A stretch of DNA of 64,000 bases from positions 11,660 to 75,659 of the forward strand of contig VMFR01000003.1 in NCBI GenBank assembly GCA_007376135.1, read 5' to 3'. The position numbers and the translations under genes are program-made. Shown piece after piece: positions 42,815-51,295 of the stretch (position 1 is the stretch's first letter; every line of letters begins with the position of its first letter). The DNA comes from Parcubacteria group bacterium Gr01-1014_31. Lineage in GTDB: Bacteria; Patescibacteriota; Patescibacteriia; Buchananbacterales; GWA2-38-13. The notes under the pieces are model-generated. The model had not been told where the DNA came from, made no database searches, and saw only the letters and a program-made list of their open reading frames with translations.

Positions 42815-44047
42815 TTATTCGCAGCCTGTGCCCAGACCTCCGACGCATTCTTCCGTCGGCGGTTCTCCGCGCTCGGGGCAGGTCTTCGAGTAGATGCAGG
42901 CGGTATCAGGGACGGCGTCCAGTTGGCGCTGCAGGGCGGGTTTGCCCTCGGCGCCGTAGGAGATAAGGATGCGGTTCAGGTCGGCGATGACGTAGTCGCC
43001 GTATTGGTCGTTGGCGCGGCCATCCACGAACAGTTTGACCGTCTTGCCGTCGGCATTGCAGAGGCGGTTGCGGGCATCGAGGGTGAAGCAGTCGGGCGTC
43101 AGATCCATGCTAAGTGATTTGAGGAAATCATTCAGGGTGACGCCCGCGCGGTGGGTGTGGACGACCATTCCTTCCTCGTCGTGCAGGTGGACCGCCGTAT
43201 CCAGTTCTTTTTCTTTGGTGGATTGGTACTTGTCCGCGGACAGATCCACGGGCTTGCCGTTCAGGACGATGGCAAGGTTAGCGTGCTGATGGACGAGCGC
43301 TGTGGTGCTGGTGGCCGTGACCGGGGCGTTGGCGAGCGCGGCATCCAGGTACTGCTTGAATTCTTCGAGGCTGCGCGGGTAGTCGATGGCGCGGCCGTTG
43401 ACGAAGAAACTGGGCGTGCCGCTGATCTGCAGTGCCGTGCCCGACTGTTGGTGAGCATCGATCTTGGCACGCACCGCCGGGTCGGCGTAGTCGGCCTGGA
43501 ATTTCGCCGCGTCCAGCTGCAGCTCGGCCGCGTACGTACCGAACAGTTCCAGCGGCGTGCGGCTGTCCTTCCAGGCGTCCTGGCGCTCGTACAGCAGGTC
43601 GTGCATCTCCCAGAATTTACCCTGGCGGCCGGCGGCTTCCGCGGCTTGAGAGGCCGGCACGGCGTTGCCGTGCTGGCGGAGCGGGAAGTGGCGCATGACG
43701 ATCTTGACGCGGTCGCCGTATTCGTCGCCCAGCTGTTTGACCAACGGCGCATAGGCCGCGCACGCCGGGCATTGGAAGTCGGCGTATTCCATCAAGGTGA
43801 CGGCGGCATCGGGGTTGCCGCGAACCCAGTCGTCCGGTTGCAGGTCCGACGTTCCGATGCCGCCACCCGTGCTGCCGGAGCGCAGCCACCAGCCGATCAG
43901 GACGGCGACCGCGATAATGGCGACCGTCCAGGGCAGGAAACGGCGGGTGGTCTGTTGGCGGGTCTGGCCTTGCCGTTGGGCTGCCCGTTCGCGCTGTTTG
44001 AGTTCCCAGCGCTCGCGTTTGGTCATTTGGGGCGGTAGTGGTTCCAT
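42815..44047 (-). CDS. DsbA-family thioredoxin with a His/Cys-rich C-terminal domain
   Basis: EYADFQCPAC, RHFPL, GTPSFFVNG. Confidence 0.88.
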   Translation of the reverse strand: MEPLPPQMTKRERWELKQRERAAQRQGQTRQQTTRRFLPWTVAIIAVAVLIGWWLRSGSTGGGIGTSDLQPDDWVRGNPDAAVTLMEYADFQCPACAAYAPLVKQLGDEYGDRVKIVMRHFPLRQHGNAVPASQAAEAAGRQGKFWEMHDLLYERQDAWKDSRTPLELFGTYAAELQLDAAKFQADYADPAVRAKIDAHQQSGTALQISGTPSFFVNGRAIDYPRSLEEFKQYLDAALANAPVTATSTTALVHQHANLAIVLNGKPVDLSADKYQSTKEKELDTAVHLHDEEGMVVHTHRAGVTLNDFLKSLSMDLTPDCFTLDARNRLCNADGKTVKLFVDGRANDQYGDYVIADLNRILISYGAEGKPALQRQLDAVPDTACIYSKTCPERGEPPTEECVGGLGTGCE

Positions 44048-44135
44048 AAAAAAAGGGTTCCTTTAAAGTGAACCCAGTTACTTTACCGTTTCCTTTACGG
44101 CTGTCAAATGGCGCCAGACGGCTGGCCGACCGAAA

Positions 44136-45062
44136 CTATGCGGGTACGCACTTGGCCTCAGCGGCCTTCAACTCGCGATAGGAGAGGTAGAAAAAGACGG
44201 TCAGTAGCAGGAAGGTGTTGAGCGGCGCCAGCCAGAACGGATACTCGCGGCCGAAGCTCTCCCAGATCATCAGGCCGCCCAGCATGCCGATGGAGTACAT
44301 CGCGCCGTTCTTGAGGTAGGCGAATTTCTGGACCACGTCGATGCCGCGGATGGTCAGTTCCCGCACCACGAACGCGCCCAGCCCATTGCCCAGGATGATG
44401 AGCGGCACCGAGATGGTGAACGCGAACGCACCGATCACCCCGTCAATGGAGAATGACGCATCCAGCACCTCCAGGTAGAGGATCTTGCTCCAGGCGCTCA
44501 TATGCCCGCTGAGCAGGCGCTGCTCTTGGACCTCGGCGTTCTTCTTGAAACCGTCGGTGATGAAAAATGCGGTGGACCCGATCGAGGCGGACAACGCCAA
44601 GAGCGGATTGTGCTGCAGCGAGAGGTAAATGATGGCGGTGAAGAAGAGCGAAGAAAAGGCGTAGAACCACGCGGATTGCCGGTGGATGAAGTGTTCCACC
44701 AGGAAGGCGTATTTTTTTTCCTCCAGGAACAGCCAGGATAGGAAGACGAACACCAGGTAGACGCCACCGCCCAACAGCAGTAAGGCCTTGGATGCTTCAA
44801 CGCTGCGTTCCAGGTCGGCGTTCCCGAGCGCCGCGCCGATGACCTGCAGCGGCCCCAGCCCGGGGTTGGCGATCCACACGATGAGGAACGGCAGCAGGCC
44901 GCGGACCAGGAACACTGCAAAGAGTAGCCCCCAGAAGAGAAAGATCTTTTGGAATCGCTCCGGCAGCGTGCGCAGGACGTGCGCGTTGATGATGGCGTTG
45001 TCGACGCTGGAGATGATCTCGAACAGCGCCAAACCGATGATGACGATGACGTAGTGCAGCAT
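44136..45062 (-). CDS. DUF475 / TerC-like membrane protein
   Basis: S.DNAIINA, LEVLDASFSIDGVIGAFA. Confidence 0.85.
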   Translation of the reverse strand: MLHYVIVIIGLALFEIISSVDNAIINAHVLRTLPERFQKIFLFWGLLFAVFLVRGLLPFLIVWIANPGLGPLQVIGAALGNADLERSVEASKALLLLGGGVYLVFVFLSWLFLEEKKYAFLVEHFIHRQSAWFYAFSSLFFTAIIYLSLQHNPLLALSASIGSTAFFITDGFKKNAEVQEQRLLSGHMSAWSKILYLEVLDASFSIDGVIGAFAFTISVPLIILGNGLGAFVVRELTIRGIDVVQKFAYLKNGAMYSIGMLGGLMIWESFGREYPFWLAPLNTFLLLTVFFYLSYRELKAAEAKCVPA

Positions 45063-45094
45063 ACCTCGCGTGCCTTGGGCCGGTGGTATGGCGG

Positions 45095-46156
45095 CTAGAT
45101 GCGGATGAAAAATTGTTCGGCAACGCTTGGCGGCAGCAGCGGCACAGTCACCGTGAACGTCGTACCCTTCCCCGGACGGGAGACAAAGGTGATGGTGCCA
45201 TGGTGGGCTTCGACGAATTTTTTACTGATGAACAGACCGATGCCCGTGCCCGTGCTGGAAGTAGCCCTGGCGTTCGAGGCGCGGAAGAACTTGGTAAAGA
45301 CCTTGGCTTGCTCGGCGGGCGGGATGCCGATGCCGGTGTCGCCGATCTCCAATTTCAGGCCGCTGGGCGAACTGGTGGCCGTGACGCGCACACTGCCGCC
45401 GTTGGGGGTGTAGTTGATGGCGTTCTCGGTCAGATTCTCCGCCACCTGCCAGAGCTTGTTGGCGTCGGCGCGCAGGGTGATTTTGTCGTCGACCTGGCTG
45501 GCGTACCCCAGCGTGATCTTCTTACCCTCCGCCATCGGCTGCAGGCGGTCCACGGCCGATTTGATGCCGCGTTCCAGTTCGCCGAGCCGGATGTTCTTCA
45601 CGCTGACTTGCAGGCGGCCGGCATCCAGCTTGGAGGCATCCAGGAAATCCTGGGTCAGGGTTACGAGGCTCTCGGTGCTGCCGTAGAGGTTGGTGAGGAT
45701 ATCGCGCTGTTCGGCGCTGACGGGCCCGAAGTCGCCGCCCAGCAGCATCTTGAGCGCGTATTTGGTGGACGTCAACGGCGTTCGCATTTGGTGGGTCATG
45801 GAGGAGATGAGTTCATTTTTCGCCTGGGCTGCTTCGTTGAGTTCGTTGAGTTTTTTTTCGCGGGTGGCATCGCGCTGCCGTTCCACGACGATGTCGGCCA
45901 GTGCGACGCCGGCGGTCACGAATCCGGCCACCAGCGCGAACGAGTTGGCGGAGAATCGCTGGCGCAGCGCTTCGATCAGCGACAGCTGGTCGCCGCCGGT
46001 CAGGCCGGGCAGCAGGAACAGCAGGGCCGCCAGGAACCCGAGCAGCGCGCCCAGCGCATACAGCAGGATGGCGCGGAAGTCCGTGGCCCGCGCCGGCCCC
46101 CCGGGGGTTGGCACCAGGTGGGTTGTGCTGCGGGTTGCGGGTTTGACGGGAGCCAC
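45095..46156 (-). CDS. sensor histidine kinase
   Basis: HQMRTPL H-box, NAINY, DTGIGI, GTGIGL. Confidence 0.92.
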   Translation of the reverse strand: MAPVKPATRSTTHLVPTPGGPARATDFRAILLYALGALLGFLAALLFLLPGLTGGDQLSLIEALRQRFSANSFALVAGFVTAGVALADIVVERQRDATREKKLNELNEAAQAKNELISSMTHQMRTPLTSTKYALKMLLGGDFGPVSAEQRDILTNLYGSTESLVTLTQDFLDASKLDAGRLQVSVKNIRLGELERGIKSAVDRLQPMAEGKKITLGYASQVDDKITLRADANKLWQVAENLTENAINYTPNGGSVRVTATSSPSGLKLEIGDTGIGIPPAEQAKVFTKFFRASNARATSSTGTGIGLFISKKFVEAHHGTITFVSRPGKGTTFTVTVPLLPPSVAEQFFIRI

Positions 46157-46168
46157 AAGAGAGAGAGC

Positions 46169-46834
46169 TCAGCGTCGGGATGGCGGAGGCAGGGCTGCGG
46201 TGCCGCGTTGCATCGCGCGGCCGGCAAAAAGTGCCGTCAGGAGTACCAGCGGCGCCGCGAGTTGGAAGGTCGCGGCCACCACCGCGGGCGCGCCGGCGAT
46301 GGTTGCCAGGTGCGCGCCGATGCAGCAACTGGCAATACCCGCGCCGCTGCCGATGGCTTTCACGCGCACCGATGGTAGGTGCGAACGCAGGCCAATGGAG
46401 AACAGATAGCCGCCGGTGATCCCGCCGTTGATGACCATCATATACGCCATGGTGGCCGGCAGCAGCAGATTTCTGCCGTCGGGGGTGCCAACCAGCCAGG
46501 ATAAGAGCAGCCAGCTGACCGCCAAGCTGACGTAGAACGCCAGCGGCCGCAGCGGCTGCGGGAGCACCGTGAACGGCAAGCGCAACATGACGCACGCGCC
46601 GGTGATGATGGAGAATGCCCCGAGGTACGCGAGGATCGGCACGTCCAGCAGGTCGGCAGCGCCCAGCAGCGACAGCCCGGCAGCCATGCTGGCGAAGAAC
46701 GCCAGCACCGCCGCGGTCAGCTCGCTGCGTTCCCGCGTGAAGGTGGGCAAAAAGACGATGGTGCCCACCACATAGAGGATGGCGGCGATGAACGCCAGGG
46801 CATCGGCCAGCGGGATGTTCGCGAGGACCGGCAT
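46169..46834 (-). CDS. hypothetical polytopic membrane protein
   Basis: about 7 hydrophobic segments; 12 nt upstream of the kinase. Confidence 0.75.
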   Translation of the reverse strand: MPVLANIPLADALAFIAAILYVVGTIVFLPTFTRERSELTAAVLAFFASMAAGLSLLGAADLLDVPILAYLGAFSIITGACVMLRLPFTVLPQPLRPLAFYVSLAVSWLLLSWLVGTPDGRNLLLPATMAYMMVINGGITGGYLFSIGLRSHLPSVRVKAIGSGAGIASCCIGAHLATIAGAPAVVAATFQLAAPLVLLTALFAGRAMQRGTAALPPPSRR

Positions 46835-46968
46835 ACGGGCGAAAGAAAAAAGGGAATACTACTGCTATTGTACGACAGCGCAGGCATTTGCACAAAAAAA
46901 CGCCCTGTGGCGGGGTATAAGAAAAGTCCGCCCGAAGGCGGACCGTGAGGAGGGGTGGGCGGGACGCG

Positions 46969-47160
46969 TTATTCGCGTTCGCTCCCCGACGTTGGGTGGG
47001 GGCCGTAGAACAGCCCTGCGATGGCCCCGGCGTGAATGCCGAGGATCACCAGTGCCAGCAGCAGGCCTTGGCATCCAAGTTCCCGGCACAGGCCGGCAAC
47101 GAATGGAGTTACCCCAATTGCGCACCCAAGCAGTAAAAGAACCTTCTCGCGCTTGCTCAT
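46969..47160 (-). CDS. small membrane protein
   Basis: MSKREKVLLLLG; AAGGA SD; TTGACT-N17-TATACT at 47240-47212. Confidence 0.55.
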   Translation of the reverse strand: MSKREKVLLLLGCAIGVTPFVAGLCRELGCQGLLLALVILGIHAGAIAGLFYGPHPTSGSERE

Positions 47161-47313
47161 CCGTATCCTTTCTTTCTGTTGCACCAAATAGCTCAGGAAA
47201 ACGAATAATCCAGTATACACCAAATAACCGTATTAGTCAAGGCATTTTTGATATTTTTGGCTAATTTTAAACCACCCCCGGGAGACGGGGGTGGTTTGCT
47301 TGGCTCTTTTATC

Positions 47314-49335
47314 CTATTCCGCTGCTACTTCTATCTGCATCGTCGGTTTGTCCTTGACCTTGCCGTAACCGCACTGCGGTCCGGGGTCAATGACCATGCT
47401 CCCATCCGTTGCCCGCACGGCTCCGGCGGCCGCATGCCAGTGCGCCTGACCGCCGTCGCAGCCCTGTTCGCTTTCTACGATGAGCTGGTCGACCGGCAGG
47501 TACTTGCCATTGTATTGGATGACCTGGACCTTGATCATTTCTTTGTCCGGTGTCGGCGTGGGGGTTGGTTGCGTTCCGCCACCGCCGGTGGTCTCGCGCG
47601 GCGTCGGGGTCGGTGTCGCTGTAGGCGTCGGGGTCGGATCGCCCGCGGTCGGCGTGGGGGTTGGCGTCGGGGTCGGCGGCGGGACGCACAAGTTCTTGCC
47701 GTCCGCGCCATCCTGGCCCGGCGGGTTGCCCTTGCCGCCTTTGCCGCCCTTGCCTTCGCCGCAGCCGTCGCCGCCGTTCCCGCCGTTGCCGCCCGTTTCA
47801 TCCTGCACCGCGCCGTCGCTGCCGTTGCGCGTCTTGCCCACGCCTCCTTTGCCGAAAATACTTTTGGCGTCGCCGCCTTTGCCGCCGGGTCCGCCGGGAC
47901 CGCTGGCGTCGCAGTTGCCGCCGTTGCCGCCTTTGCCGCCGTGGGCGTCCGCATCGCCGCCGTTGCCGCCCACATCCTCGGGCGAGGAGCGGCCTGCGCC
48001 GCCCGTCAGCGTCAGCGCCGCTTTGCCGCCCTGGCCGCCGGTGGCAGTACCGCTGCCGCCATTGCCGCCGCGCTGCTTGCACTTCAGGCCGTCGCCGCCG
48101 TTGCCGGGGTCCGCGGTCGCCAGGCCGCCGTCGCCGCCGAACATCGCGTCGAACGTGACGTTGCTGGCGCCCGCGACCGTGCCGGCGATGGACAGCTCTT
48201 TGACGTTATCGCCGCCCTGGCCGCCCGTCGCTCTGGCGTCGCCGCCGTCCTCGCTCGGTCCGCCGTGCTTGCCGAGCGCCGTGGTGCTGCCGCCCGCGCC
48301 GCCATTGCCGGTCGAGACCTCGAAGGCACCCGTGATCTTGAATTCGCTACCCGCCACCATTTTGAAGTTGCCGGGTTTACCACCCTTGCCGCCGATGGCC
48401 ATGCCGGGCTTGCAGTCGCGCTTGGTTTCCGCATCGCCGCCCTTGCCGCCGTTGCCCAGTTTCAGCTTGAAATTATTGATGGTGATGTTCGGCGCTTTGA
48501 CCAGCAGCCGGAATGCGTCCTCGCCATCCTTGCCGCGCGCGTTGCAGCTGGTCCCTTTGTCGTCCGCGCCGGGCCGGCCGTCCGGTCCGGTCAGTTCAAA
48601 ATTTTGGACGTTAAGGCCAACGGCATCGGGGAATTGGAATATCACCATCCGTCGCACGCCGGGCGGCGGGGTGCCGACGCTGACCCGCCCCGAGATGGTC
48701 ACCGTATGGGAAGTTGCCTTGGCCGCCGGAATGCCCCAGAGGGAGCGGCGGGGGAGCGGTCCCGGCACGGGGGTCGGTTCAACGACCGCCGCGAGCGGCG
48801 AGCGTTCGATGCCGGCTTCGGATCCTCCAATGAACGGTCCGACGCGGTTGCCCGCGCCCGTCGGTGACCCGGCTTCCTGGTACAATTTTTCCAGTTCCTG
48901 CGCGGAGTCGGCCAGCAAATCGGCGCGGCTGGAAATTTGGACGTTGCCGTCGGCGGCAATCTCCGCATTTTTGGCAAAGGTGACGTCGTCGGCAACGACG
49001 ATGCGCACGTCGCCGCCTTTGCCGTCAGCGCCACGGCACTGCAGTTTCCCGTTGACCGCGGTCGTCCCCCGGACCGTAAGTTCCAGGTTCCCGCCGTCGC
49101 AGCCAAGTTCCCCCGCCACGTCGAGGTTACCCTCTACGGTCAGTTTCGCCCCGCCCCTGAGCACAACGGGTTTGTCAGCGGCGACCGCATAGTCACCCTT
49201 GACCGTCAGGTCTTCGCTGATGACGATGGCGTTCTTTGGGATCTGGACGCTTGGCGCGGTCGTCGTTTTTTTGGCGCAGCCAGCCGCCGCGAACGCCAAG
49301 GCGACTGCCGACCACCGCAGGACGCGGGTGCCCAT
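47314..49335 (-). CDS. Gly-rich (GGxGG repeat) surface lipoprotein with a Pro-Thr linker
   Basis: lipobox AAGC; many GGxGGxGG runs; (PT)n linker. Confidence 0.8.
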   Translation of the reverse strand: MGTRVLRWSAVALAFAAAGCAKKTTTAPSVQIPKNAIVISEDLTVKGDYAVAADKPVVLRGGAKLTVEGNLDVAGELGCDGGNLELTVRGTTAVNGKLQCRGADGKGGDVRIVVADDVTFAKNAEIAADGNVQISSRADLLADSAQELEKLYQEAGSPTGAGNRVGPFIGGSEAGIERSPLAAVVEPTPVPGPLPRRSLWGIPAAKATSHTVTISGRVSVGTPPPGVRRMVIFQFPDAVGLNVQNFELTGPDGRPGADDKGTSCNARGKDGEDAFRLLVKAPNITINNFKLKLGNGGKGGDAETKRDCKPGMAIGGKGGKPGNFKMVAGSEFKITGAFEVSTGNGGAGGSTTALGKHGGPSEDGGDARATGGQGGDNVKELSIAGTVAGASNVTFDAMFGGDGGLATADPGNGGDGLKCKQRGGNGGSGTATGGQGGKAALTLTGGAGRSSPEDVGGNGGDADAHGGKGGNGGNCDASGPGGPGGKGGDAKSIFGKGGVGKTRNGSDGAVQDETGGNGGNGGDGCGEGKGGKGGKGNPPGQDGADGKNLCVPPPTPTPTPTPTAGDPTPTPTATPTPTPRETTGGGGTQPTPTPTPDKEMIKVQVIQYNGKYLPVDQLIVESEQGCDGGQAHWHAAAGAVRATDGSMVIDPGPQCGYGKVKDKPTMQIEVAAE

Positions 49336-49449
49336 AGATGTGGGTAGATAAAGGATAGTAAAAACGTGAGTAGGGTAGCATGCCTTCTCACGCGGGGTCA
49401 AACGGGGGCACCTTTTTGCCACCTTTCTAGGAAAGGTGGCGCCAAAGTC

Positions 49450-49581
49450 GCGAGCCGTCTCGAAATTTAGAAAAAATCAGGTTCACTCGGCGTAAAATCG
49501 CTATGCGCACTCGGCCTCAGCACGCGATTTCCCGCCGCCTCGCTCACCTCGATTTTTTACCTAAATTTCTCCAATGCTCGC
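49450..49581. other. long nested stem-loop (structured RNA or miniature element)
   Basis: gcgagc/gctcgc, gaaatttag/ctaaatttc, aaaaaatc/gatttttt, aaatcgc/gcgattt nested pairs. Confidence 0.6.
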
Positions 49582-49583
49582 AT

Positions 49584-50087
49584 TTATTGTTTAATGATTT
49601 TGAAAATTTTGTTTGCCATCTCTATGAGTGAAGGAGTTGCCAAAACAAGATTTAAAAAATTCTGAGGAGCCTTTTTATTTGTAGCGTTAGCAAAGAGTTC
49701 CCATGCTAACTGTACGGACGCACTATTTGCTTTCTCCTCGTTATTTTTCATGTTTATCATTTGCAAAAAAAGTTTGCTATAAACAGGATATTTTTCTTGC
49801 AGACGAGCTGTTAAGTAATTTTTCTTTAGCTCGTTTTCGCCGTTTCGATTATCGTAAATATTGTTTAGCCACGCTTCATTGAATTCATCAGCAATTTTTT
49901 CAGGATTGTCCGAATCCAGAGATAGTATTTTTAGGGTAGCAATTGAGGCTACAAAAATTCCGATTTCAGAAGTGTCAATATTGGTGCCATCAATTTTTTT
50001 TACTATCTCAGCTATCTCCTCGTACACCGGTACCAGTTCAGTGACCCAGGAATTCACCCGATTTTTTATTGAAGATTGTATGGTCAC
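49584..50087 (-). CDS. hypothetical protein, low GC
   Basis: 167-aa ORF, visibly AT-rich compared with neighbours. Confidence 0.65.
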   Translation of the reverse strand: MTIQSSIKNRVNSWVTELVPVYEEIAEIVKKIDGTNIDTSEIGIFVASIATLKILSLDSDNPEKIADEFNEAWLNNIYDNRNGENELKKNYLTARLQEKYPVYSKLFLQMINMKNNEEKANSASVQLAWELFANATNKKAPQNFLNLVLATPSLIEMANKIFKIIKQ

Positions 50088-50093
50088 ATTGCA

Positions 50094-50861
50094 CTAGTGT
50101 TTTACCGCCTGGAGCAGTAGGAAGAGGGGGATTTCCTTGCGGGCGCGGTCCTCGGCAGCGGCGCGCGGCCCTCGCTGGCTTTGGCGGTGGGAGATCCATT
50201 CTTCCAAACGAGTCACGCACAGCCCGGTTTTGCGCAGCATCTTGAAATAGCCCTGCAGCGGCCGGTGGAACGTGACGGTGCGCACCGTGGGGTCTGCGCC
50301 CGGGCGCATTTGAATTTTTACTTTGTCGTCGGACAGGTAGCGCTCAATGCGGCGGAACTGGAGTTTTGTACCGTCAAACCCCCAGGCGGACGCCTGGGGT
50401 ACCCGGAAGGCCGGGTGGTTGAGAACGATAAAAAGTTCGCCCCTCGGTTTGAGGACGCGCTTTATTTCCTGTAGGACGGCGGCCGCGTTCTCGATATTTT
50501 GCAGCGCTAGCACGATGACGACCTTATCCACGCTGGCGTCGGCGACCTGCGGCACGCGGTCGGCGGGTGCCGTATAGTAGGTCGGCGACGTGCTCCCGCG
50601 CGGTACGGGTTGACGTTTGGCAAGAGCGATCAGCGGTTCGGCGAGGTCCGCTCCGATAACGCGCACGCCGGCTTTGGCGAATTCGCGGCTGAAAAAGCCC
50701 TGCCCGCAGGCCAGGTCAAGGACCGTCTGTCCCTGTTTGAGTTCCAGCACCCGCAGCAGGTTGGGCATGATAACTTGGCGCTGGTAGGAGTCCGGGTCAT
50801 CCTCCAGCATCCCGTGGTACCAGTCGGCCACCTCGCCCCAGGAGGTATCAGATTGTGGCAT
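50094..50861 (-). CDS. class I SAM-dependent methyltransferase
   Basis: VLDLACGQG, RVLKPRG, NHPAF. Confidence 0.9.
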   Translation of the reverse strand: MPQSDTSWGEVADWYHGMLEDDPDSYQRQVIMPNLLRVLELKQGQTVLDLACGQGFFSREFAKAGVRVIGADLAEPLIALAKRQPVPRGSTSPTYYTAPADRVPQVADASVDKVVIVLALQNIENAAAVLQEIKRVLKPRGELFIVLNHPAFRVPQASAWGFDGTKLQFRRIERYLSDDKVKIQMRPGADPTVRTVTFHRPLQGYFKMLRKTGLCVTRLEEWISHRQSQRGPRAAAEDRARKEIPLFLLLQAVKH

Positions 50862-50865
50862 CGTT

Positions 50866-50900
50866 GTACTAAGTACTATGTACTAAGTGCTACGTGCGTT
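50866..50900. repeat. heptamer array at the 3' end of the four-helix-bundle gene
   Basis: gtactaa gtactat gtactaa gtgctac. Confidence 0.85.
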
Positions 50901-51248
50901 GGCTCGCATCCAACCGTTGAGTAACCTACCAGCGGTTTCGCAAAGTTGCAAGGCCTCATCGTGGTCCTGGGAAGTGAGGTACTTCAAATCCTTAGCGATA
51001 AGGAAGGCACATTTAGTTTCTTCAAGTGAGGCTTCGGCTATGTTGTAGAAATGCAGTGCTTCCGCCGTTGATCGGCGCTTGAATCCTTCCGTGATATTGA
51101 GGGCAATTGAAACCGCAGCTCGGCGGAGCTGCGATGTCAATCCGTACGTTTCCGATTTTGGGAACGCGGCAGTCAGCCGGTAGGTGGTGAGGACTACAGT
51201 ATAGGCAGCTTGCCAGGCTTTGATATCCCGAAAGGTGGTTGCTGCCAT
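50883..51248 (-). CDS. four-helix-bundle protein (23S rRNA IVP-like family)
   Basis: F.D...WQ, FPKSETYGLTSQLRRAAVSI..NI.EG, ASLEE. Confidence 0.93.
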   Translation of the reverse strand: MAATTFRDIKAWQAAYTVVLTTYRLTAAFPKSETYGLTSQLRRAAVSIALNITEGFKRRSTAEALHFYNIAEASLEETKCAFLIAKDLKYLTSQDHDEALQLCETAGRLLNGWMRANARST

Positions 51249-51256
51249 ACCTCCAC

Positions 51257-51292
51257 AGTACTTAGTCCTTAGGACTTAGTACTTAACACTTC
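51257..51292. repeat. heptamer array at the 5' end of the four-helix-bundle gene
   Basis: agtactt agtcctt aggactt agtactt aacactt; inverse of the downstream array. Confidence 0.85.
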
Positions 51293-51295
51293 CAA

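Noticed and set aside
50883-51248. Diversity-generating retroelement (Avd-like protein)
   Set aside because: No reverse transcriptase and no template/variable repeat pair seen in the window.
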